Source: Nemertoderma westbladi (Eukaryota > Animalia > Xenacoelomorpha). Taken from it: a DNA stretch of 39,522 nt. The translations under genes and the position numbers were made by a program. The stretch is from assembly GCA_032718475.1 (NCBI GenBank), contig JAUCBJ010000461.1, forward strand, positions 1 through 39,522. The letters are read 5' to 3'. Shown here one piece after another: positions 25,464 through 37,700 of the stretch. The notes beneath the pieces are model-generated. The model ran no database searches, was not told where the DNA came from, and worked only from the letters and a program-made list of their open reading frames with translations. The first letter of the stretch is position 1. Each line of letters starts with the position of its first letter.

Positions 25464-27106
25464 CGCATATTATTACCTTCATTAACATTAGTAGGTGAAT
25501 AAGGCATGGTAGATGGTATACAAAGTAACCAATAAGAAATCACCATGGAAAAGTTAGTCAGAATCAATCAGCTGATCCAAATTTATCCAAAAAATTAGGT
25601 TTTGGCTCTTTGTGGCTCAGTGCTTTCCTTTATATTTGCATAATTTGTCGCAGAATTAACTTTGATAGCATTAATTTATCACTGTGCAACATCTCCTGAG
25701 TCGGAGTGGGTTGGTGCCTCATTGCTTCATAGTGTAATGGTCGATTTTTTGGGTCCGTGTGGGTCTTTGTGCATTTTAGCACTGCCCAATAATAGTGCCT
25801 GTTTATGAATGCTTTCAGTGGTTATGGGGCAGCTCCGTTTGATTGGTTGTTATGTGAGTGCTTGCTATTCTAGGCCACATTTCATATTTGTAGGCACTGA
25901 ATCAAAAACACTCAATGTATCTTAGTAGTTTACATTTAAATATTAGCGGTCTGCCGCCTGCTGGTGGCTCTATGTACTCTAACCAACTTACCTAATGAGT
26001 GATTGTTTGCAGTGGATTGTTTACAGGCAATATTATTGGATGTTCAGAAAATGAGTGCTTGGGATTTTACTCTCATGGTTACTCTCATTTTAACATAGGC
26101 CTATTCACTTAACTTCGCGAATATTTAATTTCGATATTCACCATCTAAGGTACCTCTTAAAGGAAATTAGCAGGTCATAATGGCATGCTTTTCTAAACAA
26201 AACAATAAACTAAATTTAGGAACACAGTTTACGGTAAAATTTATACTTCCAGGAACTCATTTTTCAATATTCATTTGATAATAACCCTGGGAAATCTGAA
26301 ACGACACTCCAATTGGAAATTTCCACGTCCATTTGTTTGTTTGTTGGACTTTTGCTGGGTTTTTTTTCGGAACAATTATACCTACAGTACAACACAACTA
26401 CAAGTATATTATCAGCTTTCGTTTAACTCATAAAATAAAAATTATGCATCATTTCACCGGTTGACTGGTAGGTTTCTGTTGAATATTTAAATTCTCCATT
26501 GAAAACAAAGAAATTGGTTAATCTACATGAATTTTATGTATACTTTTTATTCATCCTGTTATGTATGTGAAAGAATAACTGAATAGGCCTACAGGTATTA
26601 CCAGTGCTGTGTAGAGAGAGAGAGCTGGGCTACATTTGATTCATAATTATTGCAATGCAACGAAATAAAAACCTCTAAACCCATATTATTGAAAGCAGCA
26701 ATAATTGTTCAATTAGCGTGCAAAATCTCGAATGTTTGAAACATAATTTTGGAAACTATGTATTTTTTTAACAGCGTTTTTGAATGAGAAAAAATAATAA
26801 GATTATAAAATTGTAAGTATATTTGAATAACATCATTTTATTCCGAACAGAATGAGCCAACAATGAGCTCCGTACGATTGAAACTCGCGAAGTTATAGCC
26901 AAAATAAGCTGCTGCTTAATTTTAAAACATGGACTTTAGTTGTGTTTCAGATTTCAAGCAATATGCTAAAGATTTGTAGAAAAATATGAGGGGGGGGGGG
27001 GGGGGGGGGGGTCAGTGTCATCAGAAAATGACACTATTTCGGGTCATGGTGATTAGAAGTTCAAATTTTTCAATTATTTATGATTCACTAAGAGATAATA
27101 ACTATT

Positions 27107-27727
27107 TACATACTTGTGTGTAAAGTAGCACTTTACAGTGTGATGATCCGAGTGGCTTTGTTACACGAACGAACGTTAGTGAGTGAGTGAAAATAAAGCC
27201 ACGAGTATCAGAACAGTGTAAAGTACTTTGCAACAAGTATGTATGTAGTTTTATTCTAAAATTTTAACATTACGAAATGATTTTACATATACATTATATA
27301 TAAGTAATAGAAACTGCACAAATTTTATTAGTTGCTGTATAAATAAATGTAAAAATTACATAAATTATGTTATAAATAAGTTAGCTTATATTTATGGTGG
27401 CGTTTGAATCCATGTTAATAATTTAGCTTCTGGTTATTAATAGCTATACACCCCGCCTACGGGTAGGTAATGCAGTAGGCCTATATGGCTGTCAGGCAAA
27501 TCTCCACCTATTGTTTACGTGGTAACCAATGACGGCGTTAAGTAATGGTCCCTTAGTGGACATTACTTAACGCCGTGATTGGTTACCACGTAAACAATAA
27601 CACCAAATACAATACTGAATGTACAGGCCAATAAAATGCTGTAATGTCCTTTAAAGTTGTAAAGTGCTAAATAACAACTCGCTGCTAATACTAACGGCGT
27701 TGAGTAATGTTACAATTTTGGAATAAA
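27107..27727. mobile_element. Non-autonomous element with a terminal hairpin, asymmetric inverted repeats and an internal 39-bp hairpin; family not assigned
   Basis: Imperfect hairpin 27107-27243; 22/24 inverted repeat 27250-27273 versus 27704-27727; near-perfect hairpin 27509-27599. Confidence 0.55.
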
Positions 27728-28775
27728 TATAATAATCCAGTATACAGTTACTGTACTCTACTTTCTGAAATTTTGCCATTAATCTTCAGAGCTGATATAA
27801 GGAATTTAACTTTCCGCTTCGAGTTACATATATGAACATTTCCTCAGAACTGTCAGGGTCAGATGAGTTGAATTTCCCCCAGAGGCGTAGCTAGGGGTTG
27901 TGGCGCTGGGTGCAAGCACAGTTTTTTGGCGCCCCATAAAATAACACAAAAATGTCATACACATCACAAGAAACGAGATCAATAAACACCCCATGTTGTA
28001 TCTCAGAGGGGGGGGGGGGGGGGGGATACTGGCTTGGAAGTCAACATTTTGAAATGCTTACTGCACCAAAGAATGATTAAGTATAAAAAAGTGTAAGATA
28101 CTGTACATTATGGGTGGACTATAATGAATTGTAATATTGTAAAAAAAAAATTCAAGTTTGACGCCCCTTAGCGGCCAGAGTCAAAATTTTTTTAATAAAA
28201 TTTATTTAATCAGCATGGCCGATTATGTGGAACAATTCGAGCTGAATTTTATTTTCGTACTTTTCATGGGAATTACCGCTATTTTTCAAAGTAATTTAAA
28301 AAAAAGCCTGTTTTTTTCGTCAAAAATGTTATAACACAAACAGATGAACAATTGCAAAACTAAAAAAAACTGCTCGAATTTTTTATTATTGCGCACACTA
28401 ATGGCTTTCATTTGATACCCAAAACTTACAAATTAGTTGAAAAACGGCGGCGAAGATGTGATTTAAAAATGAAACGGATTTTACTTTTCTTGAAATCTAC
28501 GTAGTTAGTCTGTTTGTCTGTCAGAAATATAAGAAAAGGGCACACCATCTAGCTATTTAGTTATAGGGGTTTTCCTGGTCGCAGAATTCAATTCGAGTGT
28601 CAGATTTAACATTTGATGACTTCCAAATTGTCTGTATAGCTGTCAGGCTGTCGGTACAGTAGGTGCAGTTAGCGTAGGCCTACAGTAGGCCTACTGTATA
28701 CAGTATGTGTACCAGTGATGCAAGAGAACAACGGAACCAGTTGTAGTGGGGTATAGGAAGTTGATTCAGTACAAA

Positions 28776-31700
28776 TCCAGTGATGTGAGTTTTTTTATCA
28801 TTTATTCTTGATCAGTATAGCTTTTATATTTTAGTAGACCTTGTTATTATTATTATTATTATTATAAATTTAATTATATTTATTTGTTTTTTAGTAGGTA
28901 AACGGAGTTCTAGAATTAGTTTAAAGAGCTATAGCTAATTGTTCTAATGTAGAAGTCAAAGAAGTATCTCGTACATAGTTATTCCGCTATAACCAGTTGT
29001 ATTCTCCCCTACCCTAAAAGGTGGCGATAGTGTGTATTTGTAAATCGGAATATCGAAATTTACTGTCTTATGTAACATAAAGTTATATTCATTCCCTGTT
29101 TTAACAACTCGCTATATATACAATCATTACCTAACTATGTATAAACACTAACCACTAGCCCCACCCACCACCCTATAATATATTTAAAGGCTTTGCGGAT
29201 ATCATCGCTTAATATTTTGGTGGTTCACCCAGCCATTGCATGGCTGGGTGAACAAATGATTTAAATTTCAAAGATAAATCTTAAAGTATGTCTGAAAATG
29301 TCCCCATAGACTTTGCTTATAATGTACGAATTACAATTTAATATAAAAATACTCTTATTCCATGCTTTAGGCCAAAGATCATAAAGATCATGATCAAAGA
29401 TCATAAAAATGACCCTTTTGGATAAATTGACTAAAATAGTGTATATCGTCCACTAGCGAACCCGTATCGACCAAAAAGTTTCGAATTTTAAATCAATATC
29501 GCTCATTTTGCTTTTTCGGTATATTTTCGCCTATTTCCCAAAGGTGGCGATTCGCCTCAGATATTCGACTAGGTGGTCGGGAGCCCAATTTTACGAAAAT
29601 CCATTTATCTCGGCTTCCGCTGGGTCTTTTCGAAAATTTAAAAAATTGGCGAGCTCCTCCCGTTGTTTCCCATCGATTAGCACCGTTAATTTCGAGATTC
29701 GATTAATTAATTCGCTCTTAATTAGCGCTAATTGCTAATTACTGCATTTTTTAACGATTCGTTAATTTTCCTCCATATCTCGAGAACTTCTTAATTTACG
29801 ATCCTGGGACCGCTTCCGTTGGATAGAGCTCGAGCTTCCCTACCATATCTCTTGTACATGTTTTAACTTAAAACCGTTCCTTCCCGTAGTAATAGGCGAA
29901 AATAATATCGTCCAATCGGAAAGCTTCGTTGGCCCCGTAGACCCCCTAGAATTAATTTTTTTCAAATTTTTATCGGGTCCGTCTAGCATAATTCGGGGGT
30001 GAGGAACATTTTCTACTTTCAAACTTTTCTCAAATTCCCACTCCTTCCGGTCGTATTTCGCCAAAGATCGTAAAGATCGTGTTCGATCAGCTACCGATCG
30101 GCCCCTATAGGTCGAGTCGTTCCAAAAAAAGAATGAGCTGGACTAACATCTATACCCCCTACACGATCCCGTTGGCCGCTAGTCTCCATCTATAGCCAGT
30201 TTGGCTGTAGCGTTTGGCGGGAAATTCAAATTTCTAAAACGTTCCATTGGGCCCAACTCGAAAACCGTCGGTCGGATTCGCTCGAAATCAAAATTTAGAA
30301 AGTTAATAGGGGGTCTATCCACCTACTGGGATGGTCGGCTTGCCCCCTAAGCGCCCCCTTATACCCTAACTCGCCCAATATACCCCCCTTTCTTCCACAT
30401 TCCCGGATTTTTAGTATTGGGTGAGGTGTATATAGTAGTTAGTGAGGGCTAAAGCCCTTTTCCGCCTTGCGGCGGTTAAAAAACAACCTCTGTCATCCAG
30501 TGATGATAGTTTTTTTATCATTTATTTTTCATTAATTAGTATTTAATTGTTTTTTTTAGTAGGTAAATGCAGTTCTAGAATTAGTTTAAAGAGCTATAGT
30601 TTGTTATTGTTCTATTAGTCGAAGAAGTATCTCGTACATAGTTGTTCCGCTATATTCCCCATACATAGATTCCAACTAATTGTATTCCTCCCCTACGCTA
30701 CGCTAAAAGGTGGCGTTAGTGTATATTCGTAACTCTATAGATCTAAATTCATAGTCTTTTGTAACATAAAATTATATCCCATTCCCTTTTTTAACAACTC
30801 TATAGATCTAAATTCATAGTCTTTTGTAACATAAAATTATATCCCATTCCCTTTTTTAACAACTCGCTATATATACAATCATTACCTAACTATGTATAAA
30901 CACTAACCACTAGCCCCACCCACCACCCTATAACGTATTTAAAGGCTTTGCGGATTTCATCGCTTAATATTTTGGTGGTTCACCCAGCCATTGCATGGCT
31001 GGGTGAACAAATGATTTAAATTTCAAAGATAAACTTTAAAGTATGTCTGAAAATGTCCCCATAGACTTTGCTTATAATGTACGAATTACAATTTAATATA
31101 AAAATACTCTTATTCCATGCTTTAGGCCAAAGATCACAAAGATCATGATCAAAGATCATAAAAATGACCCTTTTGGATAAATTGACTAAAATTGTGTTTA
31201 TCGTCCACTAGCGAACCCGTATCGACCAAAAAGTTTCGAATTTTAAATCAATATCGCTCATTTTGCTTTTTCGGTATATTTTCGCCTACTTCCCAAAGGT
31301 GGTGATTCGCCTCCGATATTCGACTAGGTGGTCGGGACCCCAATTTTACGGAAATCCATTTATCTCGGCTTCCGCTGGGTCTTTTCGAAAATTTAAAAAA
31401 TTGGCGAGCTCCTCTCGTTGTTTCCCATCGATTGGCACCGTTAATTTTGAGATTCGATTAATTAATTCGCTCTTAATTAGCGCTAATTGCTAATTACTGC
31501 ATTTTTTAACGACTCGTTAATTTTCCTCTATATCTCGAGAACTTCTTAATTTACGATTCCGGGACCGCTTCCGTTGGATAGAGCTCGAGCTTGCCGACCA
31601 TATCTCTTGTACATGTTTTAACTTAAAACCGTTCCTTCCCGTAGTAATAGGCGAAAATAATATCGTCCAATCGGAAAGCTTCGTTGGCCCCGTAGACCCC

Positions 31701-34700
31701 CTAGAATTAATTTTTTTCAAATTTTTATCGGGTCCGTCTAGCATAATTCGGGGGTGAGGAACATTTTCTACTTTCAAACTTTTCCCAAATTCCCACTCCT
31801 TCCGGTCGTATTTCGCCAAAGATCGTAAAGATCGTGTTCGATCAGCTACCGATCGGCCCCTATAGGTCGAGTCGTTCCAAAAAAAGAATGAGCTGGACTA
31901 ACATCTATACCCTCTACGCGATCCCGTTGGCCGCTAGTCTCCATCTATTGCCAGTTTGGCTGTAGCGTTTGGCGGGAAATTCAAATTTCTAAAACGTTCC
32001 ATTGGGCCCAACTCGAAAACCGTCGGTCGGATTCGCTCGAAATCAAAATTTAGAAAGTTAATAGGGGGTCTATCCTCCTACTGGGATGGTCGGCTTCCCC
32101 CCTAAGCGCCCCCTTATACCCTAACTCGCCCAAGTATACCCCCTTTCTATCACATTCCCGGATTTTAGTATTGGGTGAGGAATTGGTAGTGGTTAGTAAG
32201 GGCTAAAGCCCTTTTTCGCCTTGCGGCGATTAAAAAACATCCTCTATCATCCAGTGATGATAGTTTTTTTATCATTTATTTTTCATTAATTAGTATTATT
32301 AATTTGTATTATTATTATTATTATTATTATTATTTATATTTAATTGTTTTTTTAGTAGGTAAATGTAGTTCTAGAATTAGTTTAAAGAGCTATAGTTATT
32401 GTTCTATTAGTCGAAGAAGTATCTCGTACATAGTTGTTCCGCTATATTCCCCATACATAGATTCCAACTAATTGTATTCCTCCCCTACGCTACGCTAAAA
32501 GGTGGCGATAGTGTATATTCGTAACTCGATAGATCTAAATTCATAGTCTTTTGTAACATAAAGTTATATCCATTCCCTTTTTTAACAACTCGCTATATAT
32601 ACAATCATATACATATACAATCATATACAATCATTAACTAACTATGTATAAACACTAACCACTAGCCCCACCCACCACCCTATAATGTATTTAAAGGCTT
32701 TGCGGATTTCATCTCTTAATATTTTGGTGGTTCACCCAGCCATTGCATGGCTGGGTGAACAAATGATTTAAATTTCAAAGATAAATTTTAAAGTATGTCT
32801 GACAATGTCCCCATAGACTTTGCTTATAATGTACGAATTACAATTTAATATAAAAATACTCTTATTCCATGCTTTAGGCCAAAGATCATAAAGATCATGA
32901 TCAAAGATCATAAAAATGACCCTTTTGGATAAATTGACTAAAATAGTGTATATCGTCTACTAGCGAACCCATATCGACCAAAAAGTTTCGAATTTTAAAT
33001 CAATATCGCTCGTTTTGCTTTTTCGGTATATTTTCGCCTATTTCCCAAAGGTGGTGATTCGCCTCCGATATTCGACTTGGTGGTCGGGACCCCGATTTTA
33101 CGAAAATCCATTTATCTCGGCTTCCGCTGGGTCTTTTCGAAAATTTAAAAAATTGGCGAGCTCCTCTCGTTGTTTCCCATCGATTGGCACCGTTAATTTC
33201 GAGATTCGATTAATTAATTCGCTCTTAATTAGCGCTAATTGCTAATTACTGCATTTTTTAACGACTCGTTAATTTTCCTCTATATCTCTAGAACTTGTTA
33301 ATTTACGATCCCGGGACCGCTTCCGTTGGATAGAGCTCGAGCTTCCCGACCATATCTCTTGTACATGTTTTAACTTAAAACCGTTCCTTCCCGTAGTAAT
33401 AGGCGAAAATAATATCGTCCAATCGGAAAGCTTCGTTGGCCCCGTAGACCCCCTAGAATTAATTTTTTTCAAATTTTTATCGGGTCCGTCTAGCATAATT
33501 CGGGGGTGAGGAACATTTTCTACTTTCAAACTTTTCCCAAATTCCCACTCCTTCCGGTCGTATTTCGCCAAAGATCGTAAAGATCGTGTTCGATCAGCTA
33601 CCGATCGGCCCCTATAGGTCGAGTCGTTCCAAAAAAAGAATGAGCTGGACTAACATCTATACCCCCTACGCGATCCCGTTGGCCGCTAGTCTCCATCTAT
33701 TGCCAGTTTGGCTGTAGCGTTTGGCGGGAAATTCAAATTTCTAAAACGTTCCATTGGGCCCAACTCGAAAACCGTCGGTCGGATTCGCTCGAAATCAAAA
33801 TTTAGAAAGTTAATAGGGGGTCTATCCACCTACTGGGATGGTCGGCTTCCCCCCTAAGCGCCCCCTTATACCCTAACTCGCCCAAGTATACCCCCTTCGG
33901 TACAATATTCCCGGATTTTAGCATTGGGTGAGGAGGTGGTAGCGGTTAGTGAGGGCTAAAGCCCTTTTCCGCCTTACGGCGGTTAAAAAACATCCTCTGT
34001 CATCCAGTGATATCGTTTTTTTATCATTTATTCTTGATCAGTATAGCTTGTGTATATTTTAGTAGACCTTGTTATTATTATTATTATTATTATTATAAAT
34101 TTAATTATATTTATTTGTTTTTTAGTAGGTAAACGGAGTTCTAGAATTAGTTTAAAGAGCTATAGTACTGTAATTGTTCTAATGTAGAAGTCGAAGAAGT
34201 ATCTCGTACATAGTTATTCCGCTATAACCAGTTGTATTCTCCCCTACACTAAAAGGTGGCGATAGTGTGTATTTGTAAATCGGAATATCGAAATTTACTG
34301 TCTTATGTAACATAAAGTTATATTCATTCCCTGTTTTAACAACTCGCTATATATACAATCATTACCTAACTATGTATAAACACTAGCACCACTAGCCCCA
34401 CCCACCACCCTATAATGTATTTAAAGGCTTTGCGGATTTCATCTGCTTAATATTTTGGTGGTTCACCCAGCCATTGCATGGCTGGGTGAACAAATGATTT
34501 AAATTTCAAAGATAAATTTTAAAGTATGTCTGGAAATGTCCCCATAGACTTTGCTTATAATGTACGAATTACAATTTAATATAAAAATACTCATTATTCC
34601 ATGCTTTAGGCCAAAGATCATAAAGATCATGATCAAAGATAATAAAAATGACCCTTTTGGATAAATTGACTAAAATAGTGTATATCATCCACTAGCGAGC

Positions 34701-37700
34701 CCGTGTCGACCAAAAAGTTTCGAATTTTAAATCAATATCGCTCGTTTTGCTTTTTCGGTATATTTTCGCCTATTTCCCAAAGGTGGCGATTCGCCTCCGA
34801 TATTCGACTTGGTGGTCGGGACCCCGATTTTACGAAAATCCATTTATCTCGGCTTCCGCTGGGTCTTTTCGAAAATTTAAAAAATTGGCGAGCTCCTCTC
34901 GTTGTTTCCCATCGATTGGCACCGTTAATTTCGAGATTCGATTAATTAATTCGCTCTTAATTAGCGCTAATTGCTAATTACTGCATTTTTTAACGACTCG
35001 TTAATTTTCCTCTATATCTCGAGAACTTCTTAATTTACGATCCCGGGACCGCTTCCGTTGGATAGAGCTCGAGCTTCCCGACCATATCTCTTGTACATGT
35101 TTTAACTTAAAACCGTTCCTTCCCGTAGTAATAGGCGAAAATAATATCGTCCAATCGGAAAGCTTCGTTGGCCCCGTAGACCCCCTAGAATTAATTTTTT
35201 TCAAATTTTTATCGGGTCCGTCTAGCATAATTCGGGGGTGAGGAACATTTTCTACTTTCAAACTTTTCCCAAATTCCCACTCCTTCCGGTCGTATTTCGC
35301 CAAAGATCGTAAAGATCGTGTTCGATCAGCTACCGATCGGCCCCTATAGGTCGAGTCGTTCCAAAAAAAGAATGAGCTGGACTAACATCTATACCCCCTA
35401 CGCGATCCCGTTGGCCGCTAGTCTCCATCTATAGCCAGTTTGGCTGTAGCTCGGCTGTAGCTTTTGGCGGGAAATTCAAATTTCTAAAACGTTCCATTGG
35501 GCCCAACTCGAAAACCGTCGGTCGGATTCGCTCGAAATCAAAATTTAGAAAGTTAATAGGGGGTCTATCCACCTACTGGGATAGTCGGCTTCCCCCCTAA
35601 GCGCTCCCTTATACCCTAACTCGCCCAAGTATACCCTTTTCCGTATATAGTTCCCCGTTTATTGAATTGGGTGAGGCGGTGGTAGTGGTTAGTGAGGGCT
35701 AAAGCCCTTTTCCGCCTTGCGGCGGTTAAAAAACATCCTCTATCATCCAGTGATATCGTTTTTTTATCATTTATTCTTGATCAGTATAGCTTGTGTATAT
35801 TTTAGTAGACCTTGTTATTATTATTATTATTATTATAAATTTAATTATATTTATTTGTTTTTTAGTAGGTAAACGGAGTTCTAGAATTCGTTTAAAGAGC
35901 TATAGTACTGTAATTGTTCTAATGTAGAAGTCGAAGAAGTATCTCGTACATAGTTATTCCGCTATAACCAGTTGTATTCTCCCCTACCCTAAAAGGTGGC
36001 GATAGTGTGTATTTGTAAATTGGAATATCGAAATTTACTGTCTTATGTAACATAAAGTTATATTCATTCCCTGTTTTAACAACTCGCTATATATACAATC
36101 ATTACCTAACTATGTATAAACACTAACCACTAGCCCCACCCACCACCCTATAATATATTTAAAGGCTTTGCGGATATCATCGCTTAATATTTTGGTGGTT
36201 CACCCAGCCATTGCATGGCTGGGTGAACAAATGATTTAAATTTCAAAGATAAATCTTAAAGTATGTCTGAAAATGTCCCCATAGACTTTGCTTATAATGT
36301 ACGAATTACAATTTAATATAAAAATACTCTTATTCCATGCTTTAGGCCAAAGATCATAAAGATCATGATCAAAGATCATAAAAATGACCCTTTTGGATAA
36401 ATTGACTAAAATGGTTTATATCGTCCACTAGCGAACCCGTATCGACCAAAAAGTTTCGAATTTTAAATCAAAGTCGCTCATTTTGCTTTTTCGGTATATT
36501 TTCACCTACTTCCCAAAGGTGGCGATTCGCCTCCGATATTCGACTTGGTGGTCGGGACCCCGATTTTACGAAAATCCATTTATCTCGGCTTCCGCTGGGT
36601 CTTTTCGAAAATTTAAAAAGTTGGCGAGCTCCTCTCGTTGTTTGCCATCGATTGGCACCGTTAATTTCGAGATTCGATTAATTAATTCGCTCTTAATTAG
36701 CGCTAATTGCTAATTACTGCATTTTTTAACGACTCGTTAATTTTCCTCTATATCTCGAGAACTTCGTAATTTACGATCCCGGGACCGCTTCCGTTGGATA
36801 GAGCTCGAGCTTCCCGACCATATCTCTTGTACATGTTTTAACTTAAAACCGCTCCTTCCTGTAGTAATAGGCGAAAATAATATCGTCCAATCGGAAAGCT
36901 TCGTTGGCCCCGTAGACCCCCTAGAATTAATTTTTTTCAAATTTTTATCGGGTCCGTCTAGCATAATTCGGGGGTAAGGAACATTTTCTACTTTCAAACT
37001 TTTCACAAATTCCCACTCCTTCAGGTCGTATTTCGCCAAAGATCGTAAAGATCGTGTTCGATCAGCTACCGATCGGCCCCTATAGGTCGAGTCGTTCCAA
37101 AAAAAGAATGAGCTGGACTAACATCTATACCCCCTACGCGTTCCCGTTGGCCGCTAGTCTCCATCTATAGCCAGTTTGGCTGTAGCTCGGCCGTAGCTTT
37201 TGGCGGGAAATTCAAATTTCTAAAACGTTCCATTGGGCCCAACTCGAAAACCGTCGGTCGGATTCGCTCGAAATCAAAATTTAGAAAGTTAATAGGGGGT
37301 CTATCCACCTACTGGGATGGTCGGCTTCCCCCCTAAGCGCCCCCTTATACCCTAACTCGCCCAAGTATACCCCTTTCGGTACAATAGTCCCCGATTTTTA
37401 GCACTGGGTGAGGAGGTGGTAGTGGTTAGTGAGGGCTAAAGCCCTTTTCCGCCTTACGGCGGTTAAAAAAACATCCTCTATCATCCAGTGATGATAGTTT
37501 TTTTATCATTTATTCTTGATCAGTATAGCTTGTGTATATTTTAGTAGACCTTGTTATTATTATTATTATTATTATAAATTTAATTATATTTATTTGTTTT
37601 TTAGTAGGTAAACGGAGTTCTAGAATTCGTTTAAAGAGCTATAGTACTGTAATTGTTCTAATGTAGAAGTCGAAGAAGTATCTCGTACATAGTTATTCCG

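Larger units (their letters stand above)
22161..25798. mobile_element. Foldback-like element: long modular inverted arms, each a ~340-bp unique outer domain plus a 31-bp tandem array
   Basis: 22161-22500 is the near-identical reverse complement of ~25460-25798. Each is followed inward by 31-bp repeats in opposite orientation. TSD not resolved. Confidence 0.8.

Noticed and set aside
23975-25567. Long ORFs (325-465 aa) in all three minus-strand frames
   Set aside because: By-product of a stop-free 31-bp repeat cycling through frames; the same peptide appears in every frame.
27880-27935. hAT-like terminus CAGAGGCGTAGCTAGG
   Set aside because: No partner end or TSD found in the window.
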